Source: a bacterium
GTDB taxonomy: Bacteria; Patescibacteriota; Patescibacteriia; 2-12-FULL-60-25
Direction of reading: 5' to 3'
NCBI GenBank assembly: GCA_021796435.1
Contig: JAJYXM010000016.1
Location: 310,625 to 374,624, forward strand
DNA length: 64,000 nt
Part shown: in pieces, positions 9,195 to 20,455 of the stretch
Numbering within the stretch: position 1 is the stretch's first letter
Layout of the letters: each line of letters starts with the position of its first letter
The notes under the pieces: generated by a model
Told to the model about the DNA's origin: nothing
Databases searched by the model: none
The model's input: only the letters and a program-made list of their open reading frames with translations
Translations under genes and position numbers: made by a program

Positions 9195-9620
9195 TTATTC
9201 GACGACGTTCAGGCCCATGTTCTTGGCTGTCCCTTCCACCTGGCGCATAGCTGCTTCCACAGTGTGGCAGTTGAGGTCGGGCATTTTCTTCTCGGCGATT
9301 TCACGGACCTGTTTCTTGTTGACGCTGCCGATCTTCTCCTGCAATGGTTTGGCCGAACCTTTCTGGATGCCGGCAGCCTTCTTGAGCATCTCGGCGACCG
9401 GAGCGGTCTTGAGGATGAAGTCGTAGGTACGATCTTCGTAGACGGTCAGGACGCAAGGCACGACTTCGCCGCGGCGATCGGACGTGGCATCGTTGAATTT
9501 CTTACAGAATTCAGCGATGTTTAAGCCGTGAGGGCCAAGGGCAGTACCGACCGGAGGGGCCGGAGTGGCTGCACCGCCGTTGATTTGGAGTTTGATGAGT
9601 GTCTTTACTTTTTTTGCCAT
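9195..9620 (-). CDS. rplK: 50S ribosomal protein L11
   Basis: [25 protein letters not shown]...; start taken at the internal MAKK (the track ORF has a 10-aa upstream extension). Confidence 0.9.
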   Translation of the reverse strand: MAKKVKTLIKLQINGGAATPAPPVGTALGPHGLNIAEFCKKFNDATSDRRGEVVPCVLTVYEDRTYDFILKTAPVAEMLKKAAGIQKGSAKPLQEKIGSVNKKQVREIAEKKMPDLNCHTVEAAMRQVEGTAKNMGLNVVE

Positions 9621-9750
9621 ATGATTTCGGCTGATAAAATCGCGATTCACTAGGTCTTCACTGCGCTGCTCATTTACCGTAGGTTCTACTACGCTTCACT
9701 CGCAGCTCGCTCCAGACCGTCGCGACTCATCGATTTTCTTCAGCCTCAAA
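9621..9750 (-). promoter_or_regulatory. Conserved 5' leader of rplK (copy B of the duplicated leader)
   Basis: Aligns with 6293-6425 at about 80% identity, including the cgctgctc core and the ccgtaggtt(c/t)(t/g)actacgc(c/t)tcactcgc segment. Confidence 0.45.
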
Positions 9751-9806
9751 GGTAGTTGTTCGTTAGGGTGTACCGGGCAGGCGAGAAGCGCACCGTCCCG
9801 GAGGCC

Positions 9807-9830
9807 CCGACGAGAATCGTCGGTTTTTAT
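9807..9830. terminator. Hairpin (ccgacga-gaa-tcgtcgg) with T-tract on the plus side, overlapping the nusG stop; orientation ambiguous
   Basis: 7-bp perfect stem, 3-nt loop, followed by tttttat. Confidence 0.35.
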
Positions 9831-10375
9831 ACCTTTTTGACCTGCGTAAAGTCAAGTTCCAGAGGGGTTTCGCGGCCGAACATGGAAACAAGGACTTTGA
9901 CCTTACCGCGCGAACCGTCGATTTCGTTGATTTTACCTTCGAATCCTTTGAATGGGCCGTCGCCGATCTTGACCGGCATGCCGATCTGCAGATCGATGGA
10001 GAAAGCGGTCTCTTCATCGGTGGTCATGCGCTTGAGGATGTCTTGGATCTTGGCGTCATCGATAGGCGAAGGCGTGGTGCCGGTGCCGATGAAGCCCGTG
10101 ACGTTGGGCGTATTGCGCACGACGTACCACGATTCATCGTTCACTTCCATCTCCACGAGGACGTAGCCGGGGTATATCTTCTCTTCCACCAGTTTGCGTT
10201 TGCCGTTCTTGATCTTGATCTTCTTCTCGGTCGGGACGAGCACGTTGAAGATGCTGTTCTGCATGCCGAGGGTCTCGATGCGGCGTTTCAGGTTGTCTGC
10301 AACGTTCTCTTCATAGCCGGAGTAGGTATGGATGGCATACCAGCGCTTGCCGAGGTTAAGGGTTTGTTTAGGCAT
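9827..10375 (-). CDS. nusG: Transcription termination/antitermination factor NusG
   Basis: NGN and KOW regions (WYAIHTYSGYE...GMPVKIGDGPFKGFEG). Confidence 0.9.
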   Translation of the reverse strand: MPKQTLNLGKRWYAIHTYSGYEENVADNLKRRIETLGMQNSIFNVLVPTEKKIKIKNGKRKLVEEKIYPGYVLVEMEVNDESWYVVRNTPNVTGFIGTGTTPSPIDDAKIQDILKRMTTDEETAFSIDLQIGMPVKIGDGPFKGFEGKINEIDGSRGKVKVLVSMFGRETPLELDFTQVKKV

Positions 10376-10398
10376 ATCGAAATAAGGATCAAGAGAAT

Positions 10399-10758
10399 TT
10401 ATTGGTTAGCGTTCGGCGTCTCGAGCGGTTTTGCGTTGTTCAGGTCGATCGTACCGGAATCAGACGGGGTAGGCGTGGTCGGGGCTGTCTCTACCTGGAC
10501 ATCGGACGGTGTCGAAGGGAGCGCTTTGACGGCGCCTAAATTGACGTCTGTCGTGGGGACGGTCATCTTGTAGATCGTCGATTCGAAAAGCATGTTCAAA
10601 CCGTAGTCGGTCAAGGCGAAAAACAGGCCGACGGCGACGCCGATGCCGATGACCAAAGAAGAATAGCGTATGGTGTCGCGTTTAGAGGGCCAAGAGACTT
10701 TTTTGACCTCGGCGCGGACAGCATGGAGATATTCGACTGTTTGCTTGATGGGATTCAT
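10399..10758 (-). CDS. secE: Preprotein translocase subunit SecE with about 60-aa Pro/Thr-rich C-terminal extension
   Basis: SecE-like TM segment (VKKVSWPSKRDTIRYSSLVIGIGVAVGLFFAL) in the conserved position upstream of nusG. Confidence 0.75.
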   Translation of the reverse strand: MNPIKQTVEYLHAVRAEVKKVSWPSKRDTIRYSSLVIGIGVAVGLFFALTDYGLNMLFESTIYKMTVPTTDVNLGAVKALPSTPSDVQVETAPTTPTPSDSGTIDLNNAKPLETPNANQ

Positions 10759-10931
10759 ATGATTCAGACCAGGTCCCGAGTCTTCGCTCGGGACGACAGA
10801 TGTTATATTTTGAGTGTAGGTTTGTCGTTTTAAAAAGCCCCTTCCCCAGGGCTAATGGCCAGAATATAGCAGCTTTATGTGGATTTGGCAAGTTTTGATG
10901 CAGAAGCGCGTCTAGGCTATTATGTGGCTAT

Positions 10932-11984
10932 ATGGAGGCCAAAAAACGTTCTTTAGCTATTTTAGGAGGCGCTCTGGGGATCCTGTGCGTAGTTTTCGCC
11001 TCACCGGCGAATGCTGCGGATTTTGACGTCAGCATGTCGTCGGATAACCTGTCTTTCGCGCCAGTTGATATCTTTGTGGGGACGCAGGCAAAAATCTACG
11101 CATCGGTCAGCAATAATGGGGATCAGGATGTCGAGGGCCAGGTCTATTTCTTCGACGGGACCACGCTCGTCGGCACTAAGCCGTTTTCGGCCAAAGCGCA
11201 TGGCAAGGCAGAAGACGTCTGGTTCTCGTGGCGACCGGAGACACAGGGTACGCATGACTTAGGATTCAAGGCCGTGAATGATCCCGGATTTCCGGAAGCG
11301 ACGCCGATGGACAATGCGGCTTTCGAGGACAAGTTCGTGGATCTTGATACCGACGGAGATGGCATAGGAAATGCGGTCGACCCGGATGACGATAACGACG
11401 GCGTGCCGGATAGCCAGGATCAGTTTCCATTGGATCCGTCGCGCTCGATCGATACCGACCATGACGGTCAGGACGATTCGATAGATTCGGATGACGATAA
11501 CGACGGCCTGTATGATTTCCAGGAGCAGGCGATGGGTACGGATCCGTTGAAATATGATACGGATGGCGATGGAGTAGGCGATAAGGAGGATGCCTTTCCG
11601 TTGGATCCGAAGAAGACGAAAGCCGAGACGCCAGCGGCAGAACCGGCAGAGGCCCCGGCTCCAGCACAAGGAGCTGTTCCTGTAGCGCAAGCCGCTGAGA
11701 TCGTGAATCAGCCGTCTGCGGTTGATGCGTCATTGGCTTATGCGAAAGCGCCGACTTCAGGGACCGTCGAAGAGGTGATCGCGACGGCGACAGAGCCAGC
11801 GACGCAGTTTCCGCAAATCACCGGTGCGGCATCAGATCAGCCGAAGCCCGTGGATGCATCGGCCAAGCTGACCAACAGCGGTTTTGCCGTGGACAATAAT
11901 CTGCTTGTGGTCGGATTGCTGGCGGCGGCAGGAGCTTCGTTGTCGGCAGGCGTGTTTTTCCTGATCAAACATTTCAGGGCGTGA
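10932..11984 (+). CDS. Secreted/anchored surface protein with CARDB-like N-domain and thrombospondin type-3-like Ca-binding repeats
   Basis: Signal peptide; repeated DTDGDG / DPDDDNDGVPD motifs; acidic composition; C-terminal hydrophobic anchor. Confidence 0.6.
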   Translation: MEAKKRSLAILGGALGILCVVFASPANAADFDVSMSSDNLSFAPVDIFVGTQAKIYASVSNNGDQDVEGQVYFFDGTTLVGTKPFSAKAHGKAEDVWFSWRPETQGTHDLGFKAVNDPGFPEATPMDNAAFEDKFVDLDTDGDGIGNAVDPDDDNDGVPDSQDQFPLDPSRSIDTDHDGQDDSIDSDDDNDGLYDFQEQAMGTDPLKYDTDGDGVGDKEDAFPLDPKKTKAETPAAEPAEAPAPAQGAVPVAQAAEIVNQPSAVDASLAYAKAPTSGTVEEVIATATEPATQFPQITGAASDQPKPVDASAKLTNSGFAVDNNLLVVGLLAAAGASLSAGVFFLIKHFRA

Positions 11985-12007
11985 AGCAGGACATTCAATA
12001 AACGAGC

Positions 12008-12040
12008 GATCCCTCGGCGAGGTGTGCCGAGGGATTCTGT
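12008..12040. terminator. Hairpin between convergent genes (10-bp stem atccctcggc/gccgagggat)
   Basis: Perfect inverted repeat followed by tctgttc. Confidence 0.4.
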
Positions 12041-12817
12041 TCAGAGGAGGTAGATCTTGTCGCGGTAGTTGTCGAGCTGCTGGTGCCAGAGGCGGAAGAG
12101 GCGTGGCTGGGCGGGCTCGACGACGTACTGCTCCGTGTTGCCTGGGGCGTAGGCGCTGTGCAACGGACTCGGTTGGAAGATGGAGGTCTTGCTCGAGAGC
12201 TCATGGATCGCTTGATTGCCACGAGCGAATTCGCGGAAGAGGTCGCCGATCTCGCGCAACCCGCCCAGGCCGAGGTCAGTCCACGAGATCACGACACGTC
12301 CGAGTTCGTTCGCCGCGATCCGCTTGGCGACGTCAGGCATGTCGGGTGAGAGTTCGACGAGAGCCTTGAACATGCGGAAGTTGGGTAGGTGGTCGCAGGG
12401 CGAAACGAGCGTACCCGAGGCGAGGGGTGTGCAGACGATGCCGCGCTTCGATTGGTCGACGACCAACTGGACCTTGAGTTCGATCTTCAGATCGAACGGA
12501 CCTTTGTCTCTTTCGGTCCGACTGAAATTCCAGTAGTTGCTGAGGGCGAAACCGTGCGGTGGTGGATCTTGAGGGTTCGTGTCGATGAGCGTGAAGACGT
12601 CGCAGTCGGGGCGCTCCTGACGCTTGATGCCGCGTTCTTCCAGCGCCTTGAGCTTGGCCTGGTCGAGTTCGAATGTGGCGAACGCCTTGGTGATGCTGCG
12701 TGTCTTGTCTTCTTGGCCGATCTCGAGTCCGATGAGAGCTGCGGCGCGCTGCATGAGCTCGCTCTGGGTCAGGATGTCTTGGCCGGGGATGAAATCTGGT
12801 TCCACTTGCTTGGGCAT
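12041..12817 (-). CDS. Hypothetical protein
   Basis: 258-aa ORF with no family recognised. Lies in a co-oriented block downstream of gyrB. Confidence 0.45.
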   Translation of the reverse strand: MPKQVEPDFIPGQDILTQSELMQRAAALIGLEIGQEDKTRSITKAFATFELDQAKLKALEERGIKRQERPDCDVFTLIDTNPQDPPPHGFALSNYWNFSRTERDKGPFDLKIELKVQLVVDQSKRGIVCTPLASGTLVSPCDHLPNFRMFKALVELSPDMPDVAKRIAANELGRVVISWTDLGLGGLREIGDLFREFARGNQAIHELSSKTSIFQPSPLHSAYAPGNTEQYVVEPAQPRLFRLWHQQLDNYRDKIYLL

Positions 12818-12946
12818 CGCGAATCCCTCCGTGTATGGGGAATGTACGGGGATATCTAAATACAGTGCGCGTAGGAGGTCAAATGGGTCAGGAGGGAAAG
12901 AAAAAGGCGGGCACTAGGCCCGCCATTCCAATTAAATTTTGATTCG

Positions 12947-15516
<2,570 letters not shown>

Positions 15517-15571
15517 TTATCCATGATTCGCTCAGACATTCCTCGCTGCAAAAACTCTTCTCATTCCGCTC

Positions 15572-17113
15572 TTGAAGGGAGGTGCAGAGACTTGTGTGGC
15601 TCGACTAAAAGATGTTGTGCGGCTAACTGCATTGCTTTATGATGGCCTTATGCAAGACTATTTTTCATCAGAAGAGGGGAAAAAGCTTTCATTGTCCCAT
15701 AAGGAGGTCAATGTCAGCGGATTCACCATCTCGGTCAATATCTGGGGTTGGATCAGTCCGTGGTTGGGGGCCGTCTGCAAAGTCGGTTCTTTCGGGACCA
15801 CGGCGAGCCTTTTCAGGGGCAATGACATGGATTTCTATATCGAGAGAGGCCGGTTGATCATGGCCCATAACGAGGTCTGTCGTCAGGCGGAAAGCGGTGA
15901 TTTGCCCTTGGACTCATCTATCGCTGAATCGCTTAAATTGGGCGAGAGCATCGTCTCTACGGTCCTTTCGAACCATGGAAAAGCGGAAGACCTGAAGCCA
16001 GAAGAGATGGTCGAAATAATCACTGCTTTGTTCGGGTATGCGCGCAAGCTCTGCTCTTTCGGTTACATCGCACCCTTGTCGGATTGGCCCGAGGAATACA
16101 TGACGCCACGCATCGATGCGATCATGCAGGCGAAATGCCCGAGCGACAGGGCGGCGACGCGCTTGTTGTTGACTAGTCCGACGATGGAAAAGTATTCCGA
16201 TATCGCCAGAATCGAACTGTGCCGAGCCGTGATGGGCGGCGAGGATCTTTCCGGATGGTTAAAGAAATGGTTTTGGTTAGACTTCGGCCACATCGGGAAA
16301 GTGCTGACGAAAGAAATGTTGCCAGAGAAATATCCTCAGATATTTCCCACAAAGGAAGAAGCGGAGATTGAGCTGAAAAGAATCCAATCGGCCGCAGCTG
16401 ATACCGCCAAGAGGCAGGATGAGCTATTCGTTGGATTGGGTCTCGACGAAAGCGAGAAGAATGTTTTCATCCTGGCACAGAAATTCGCATTCCTGAAAGG
16501 ATATCGTATGGAAGTGCTTTCTTGCGTCAATGCCTTTTTCGACGAAGTCTTTTCTTGCTATGCGAAAAAATTCGGTTGGGACAAAGACGTGTTCCGTTTC
16601 TCTACGCTAGATGAAGTCTGCGGCTATCTGGTAGGCGGCCATACGGACCAAGATGTTGTCCTTAAAAGAAAGAATGACTCAATCTGGATATTAGATAATG
16701 AGGAGGATGGCTTGATCATCCTGCAAGGTGAAGACGCGGAAAGATTCAGGAAAAACCGTCTGTTGGTCGAAGTCGAGGCCATGAAGTCGGATTTGATCAA
16801 AGGGAATACGGCTTTTCCGGGTGTCGTGAAGGGCAAGGTCAAGATCGTGATTAACGCGTCAGATCTGAATAAGGTCGAGGACGGAGATGTCCTGGTCGCC
16901 GTGCAGACTACGCCGGAATTGTTGCCTGGAATGAAGAAAGCGGCGGCTTTCGTGACGGATATAGGAGGCATCACTTCGCATGCCGCTATCGTATCCCGTG
17001 AGTTGAAGAAGCCTTGCGTCGTAGGAACGAAGAATGCGACCAAAGTGTTGAAGGACGGCGATACGGTCAAAGTCGATGCCGACCACGGCTACATCTTGTT
17101 GCAGGAAAGCTGA
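15572..17113 (+). CDS. PEP-utilising-enzyme mobile (phosphohistidine) domain protein lacking an ATP-grasp domain
   Basis: C-terminal GGITSHAAIVSRELKKPCVVG motif, homologous to the central domain of the ppsA at 59058. N-terminal 350 aa unassigned. Confidence 0.6.
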   Translation: MKGGAETCVARLKDVVRLTALLYDGLMQDYFSSEEGKKLSLSHKEVNVSGFTISVNIWGWISPWLGAVCKVGSFGTTASLFRGNDMDFYIERGRLIMAHNEVCRQAESGDLPLDSSIAESLKLGESIVSTVLSNHGKAEDLKPEEMVEIITALFGYARKLCSFGYIAPLSDWPEEYMTPRIDAIMQAKCPSDRAATRLLLTSPTMEKYSDIARIELCRAVMGGEDLSGWLKKWFWLDFGHIGKVLTKEMLPEKYPQIFPTKEEAEIELKRIQSAAADTAKRQDELFVGLGLDESEKNVFILAQKFAFLKGYRMEVLSCVNAFFDEVFSCYAKKFGWDKDVFRFSTLDEVCGYLVGGHTDQDVVLKRKNDSIWILDNEEDGLIILQGEDAERFRKNRLLVEVEAMKSDLIKGNTAFPGVVKGKVKIVINASDLNKVEDGDVLVAVQTTPELLPGMKKAAAFVTDIGGITSHAAIVSRELKKPCVVGTKNATKVLKDGDTVKVDADHGYILLQES

Positions 17114-17149
17114 CCGAAGGTATCGCACAGGGCCGCGGCGTGATAAACT

Positions 17150-18043
17150 ATGGCCAATATGGCAACCGAAGAAGTACCGATTGGCGGTTTTACCCAGGGC
17201 GAGCTGCAGATGGCGTCTTGGTGGGTGCGTAATCATCTGATGCTGCGCAAACTTGGTTATGGGACGCTGATCGGTCTGGCGGTGTTGCTGTGGGGCTATT
17301 CTTTGTGGGGAGTGTTGGATGCTTATGCGATCTCTTATCCTCGCGAATCAAGGATCACGCACGACATAGCGGTCAACCAGCAACTTTTGGCTGCTTTGGA
17401 GCAGGATATGCCGCAGGGCATCTCTTTGTCCGACGTCACCGTGCTGCAGACGACGGATAACCGATTCGACATGGAAGTCGAGGCGACGAATCCTAACGGG
17501 CAGTGGTGGGCGGAATTCGATTACCGTTTCAACCTTTCGGGAGAAGAGACCCCGTTGAGGCGCGGCTATGTCTTACCAGGCAGCTCGCAGCATCTGACGG
17601 AGTTGGGCTATAAACCGGAGACACGAGGGGGCAAATCCGCGGCCTTGGAAGTCGAGAATATGCACTGGCATCGTCTGGACAGGACGATGGTCCCGGGCGA
17701 TTACCAGGATTTCGCGGCGCAACGCCTCAAACTGAACTTCAACAACATCAGTTATCTACCGGACATTGCGTTGGGGACGAAGAAAGTCGGGGAGACTAAT
17801 TTCGAGCTTGAGAATGCCGGTGCTTATGGTTTCTGGGGTGTCGATCTTTTCATCCGTCTATATCGGGGGACATCGGTCATCGGTCTGCAGCAGATCAGAG
17901 CCACCAACCTATCACCAGGCGAGAAGCGCGATATGCAAGTGATTTGGCCGGAAAGTCCACCTGGCGTGACCAAGACGGAGATAATCCCGCAAGTGAATCT
18001 ATTGGATCCGTCCGTCTTTTTGCCGACGGAATACTTTAAGTAG
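17150..18043 (+). CDS. Hypothetical membrane-anchored protein
   Basis: ORF with one N-terminal TM segment (LIGLAVLLWGYSLWGVL). Confidence 0.4.
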   Translation: MANMATEEVPIGGFTQGELQMASWWVRNHLMLRKLGYGTLIGLAVLLWGYSLWGVLDAYAISYPRESRITHDIAVNQQLLAALEQDMPQGISLSDVTVLQTTDNRFDMEVEATNPNGQWWAEFDYRFNLSGEETPLRRGYVLPGSSQHLTELGYKPETRGGKSAALEVENMHWHRLDRTMVPGDYQDFAAQRLKLNFNNISYLPDIALGTKKVGETNFELENAGAYGFWGVDLFIRLYRGTSVIGLQQIRATNLSPGEKRDMQVIWPESPPGVTKTEIIPQVNLLDPSVFLPTEYFK

Positions 18044-18074
18044 TCAGTGAGTCGATAAGTAAGTGTGTTAGGAT

Positions 18075-18758
18075 TCAGTTTACGTAAGCTTCCATGATTG
18101 TCATTTGGCCATTTGGGTTGAGTTGATGTGTCAATTCAGGAAATTTTTTTCCTGATTGGATGGCATTGGCTAGATAATCAAGCGAGGACATACCGGGATA
18201 GGGAAGCAAGTTGTAGTTCGTGCTATTGTAAGATAAACCGCAAATTAATATCGGCAGTTCGTTTAGGATGTATTGCGCTGCCTGGTTTGTAGTGACCCCG
18301 TCGATCGGGGGTTGGTTTTCGTTGACGATAGAATCAATAATCGAGTGGAAAGTTGAGTTGTGGACGTAGTATCGATTAACGGCTTTGATTTTTTCCAGCA
18401 ACTTTTTGTCCAGAGCTTCATCCCAGCGGATTACGGTGATCCGTTTAAGATTTTTTGAAGGAAATTTATTGATGATTTTATAGATAGAACTGTTTAGGTC
18501 GGTGCCTTTGCGCAACGCAACATTGAGTGCACGAGCAGTCGAATACCCGTTGCGGTAGTGATAATTCAAGGCATGCAGACGGTCAGGAATCAGAATAAGG
18601 ATCCTGCCACAAGTGTATGCCAGTGCCCATTCTAAATAGCATAAGATGTTCTCAAGAGTGAAATATCTGTTTCCCAGGCTTATGCCGATGAGGATATTTT
18701 TTTCGTTAAGGTTTTGCGTTTGATTGAGTATCTTGCAGATGCGCATATTGGAAGCCAT
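18075..18758 (-). CDS. tRNA-dependent cyclodipeptide synthase (CDPS)
   Basis: ILIGISLGNRYFT matches the CDPS catalytic-Ser motif (AlbC ALIGISAGNSYFS, YvmC VLVGISPFNSRFS). QYILNELPIL matches the Y-x-L-x-E-x-P catalytic Tyr/Glu motif. A PYP triplet lies near the C-terminus. 227 aa. The gene sits in a distinctly AT-rich segment. Confidence 0.75.
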   Translation of the reverse strand: MASNMRICKILNQTQNLNEKNILIGISLGNRYFTLENILCYLEWALAYTCGRILILIPDRLHALNYHYRNGYSTARALNVALRKGTDLNSSIYKIINKFPSKNLKRITVIRWDEALDKKLLEKIKAVNRYYVHNSTFHSIIDSIVNENQPPIDGVTTNQAAQYILNELPILICGLSYNSTNYNLLPYPGMSSLDYLANAIQSGKKFPELTHQLNPNGQMTIMEAYVN

Positions 18759-18860
18759 TGTCTTCTGTTGTATGTTAGGAGTACTTGATCTGAAAGTCTA
18801 TAGGATTGATACGTCGGTGCCGACTACCAGCTTTTTGACCGATGTGGCAAGCTGTGGGAC

Positions 18861-19964
18861 ATGGATAGGTGGCTGAAAGTCTTTTCGCGTTACGATTGGC
18901 CTCTGATGTTCACGTCTTTGATGCTCGTGGTCATCGGTTTTTTGTCTATCTACGGCATCAACCTTTCGCAGGCGACGGATTTTTTCCAATTCAAGAAACA
19001 GCTCCTGGCCGTCGGACTGGGGCTCGTCGCCATGGTCGCCATCTCTTATCTCGACTATCGCCATATCATGATGTCGGGTTGGCTGATTTATATCGTCGGT
19101 TTCATCCTGCTCATCTTGGCGCTTGTCGTCGGCAAGAGCGCGCATGGCGGAGGTCGCTGGTTCGTCTTGGGATCGTTGTCGTTCCAGCCGGTGGAATTGG
19201 CGAAGGTCACGATGGCGATTTTTTTAGCTTCTTATTTTTCACGTCACTCACACAAGAGACTGACTTGGATTATTTTTATCGGTAGCGTCTTGGCCTTGTT
19301 GGGCTATCTGATTCCGGTATTGCTGCAGCCGGATTTCGGTTCGGGCATGGTGCTGCTTGCCATCTGGGGCGCGACGGTCGTGTTCTGCGGTTTGCCGAGG
19401 CGAGCTTGGTGGATCCTGCTCATCATCGCGGCGCTAAGCTCGACGTTGCTGTGGAATTTCGGCCTGAAGCCGTATCAGCGCGATAGGCTGATGTCATTCG
19501 TGAACCCGGCGGCTGATCCGCTGGGTGCGGCGTATAACGTGACTCAAGCCAGGATCGCCATCGGTTCCGGAGGATTCTTCGGTAAGGGCATCGGAGAAGG
19601 TTCGCAGGCGCGTCTACGCTTCCTGCCTGAAGCGTCGACTGACTTCATGTTCGCAGTGGTCGGGGAGGAACTTGGTTTCCTTGGACTGTTTTTGGTGCTC
19701 GGACTTTTCGGTTATGTCATGTGGCGGATATTGAGGATAGGGATGCAGAGCTCGGATGCATTCGGCGGTATCCTGGCGGTCGCATTCTGCGCTTTCATCT
19801 CGTTCCATCTGTTGGTCAATGCAGGAATGAATCTGGGATTGATGCCAGTGACCGGAATACCTTTGCCGTTTCTTTCCGCGGCGGCTTCGTCCATCGTGAT
19901 AATGTTCGTCGTCATCGGGTCGGTGCAGTCGGTTGCGGTACATGGACGAAAAAGCGGGGCGTGA
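18861..19964 (+). CDS. ftsW: SEDS-family peptidoglycan glycosyltransferase FtsW/RodA
   Basis: Ten-TM SEDS architecture with conserved GFLGLFLVLGLF and PLPFLS regions. Confidence 0.85.
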   Translation: MDRWLKVFSRYDWPLMFTSLMLVVIGFLSIYGINLSQATDFFQFKKQLLAVGLGLVAMVAISYLDYRHIMMSGWLIYIVGFILLILALVVGKSAHGGGRWFVLGSLSFQPVELAKVTMAIFLASYFSRHSHKRLTWIIFIGSVLALLGYLIPVLLQPDFGSGMVLLAIWGATVVFCGLPRRAWWILLIIAALSSTLLWNFGLKPYQRDRLMSFVNPAADPLGAAYNVTQARIAIGSGGFFGKGIGEGSQARLRFLPEASTDFMFAVVGEELGFLGLFLVLGLFGYVMWRILRIGMQSSDAFGGILAVAFCAFISFHLLVNAGMNLGLMPVTGIPLPFLSAAASSIVIMFVVIGSVQSVAVHGRKSGA

Positions 19965-20076
19965 ATCCAGCTGGCATGTTTCAGCCGCTGCGGGGCGGAC
20001 ACATCCTCGCGACGGAACTTCTCATCGGATACATCGGGAAGTGGAAAGAAAATTGATGGTGAGGTAGGATTGATGA

Positions 20077-20415
20077 ATGGATAATTTGAGCCCAAACAAG
20101 ATCGTCGGACACTGCCCGTTATGCCAAGCGGCTTATGACCAATCGGTCGTGAGATTGTTGGGGCAGAGCGGATCAGCCCGCCTGTTCCATTGCACATGCC
20201 AATCATGCGGACATGCCGTTTTGGCCGTCGTCGTAGAGTCTTTGGGCGCGGTGAGTTCGGTCGGTATGTTGACGGATCTGGAGGCTGGCGACGCCTTACG
20301 TTTCAGCTCGCGTGAGCCGGTTTCGGCCGATGAGTGTCTGGCTATCCATTCAGCTTTAGGCAAAAGCCGTGAATTTTGCGCATTATTGCTTGACAAGAAA
20401 GCGGGTATAAAGTAA
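20077..20415 (+). CDS. Hypothetical small zinc-ribbon protein (CxxC ... CxxC)
   Basis: CPLCQ ... CQSCGH motif pair. Confidence 0.35.
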   Translation: MDNLSPNKIVGHCPLCQAAYDQSVVRLLGQSGSARLFHCTCQSCGHAVLAVVVESLGAVSSVGMLTDLEAGDALRFSSREPVSADECLAIHSALGKSREFCALLLDKKAGIK

Positions 20416-20455
20416 GCTTCGGCCACCATTTTACTTGTCCCAAGAACCAAAGAAT

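Noticed and set aside
18798-19145. 115-aa minus-strand ORF
   Set aside because: Overlaps the ftsW start on the opposite strand; Arg/His/Asp-rich junk composition.
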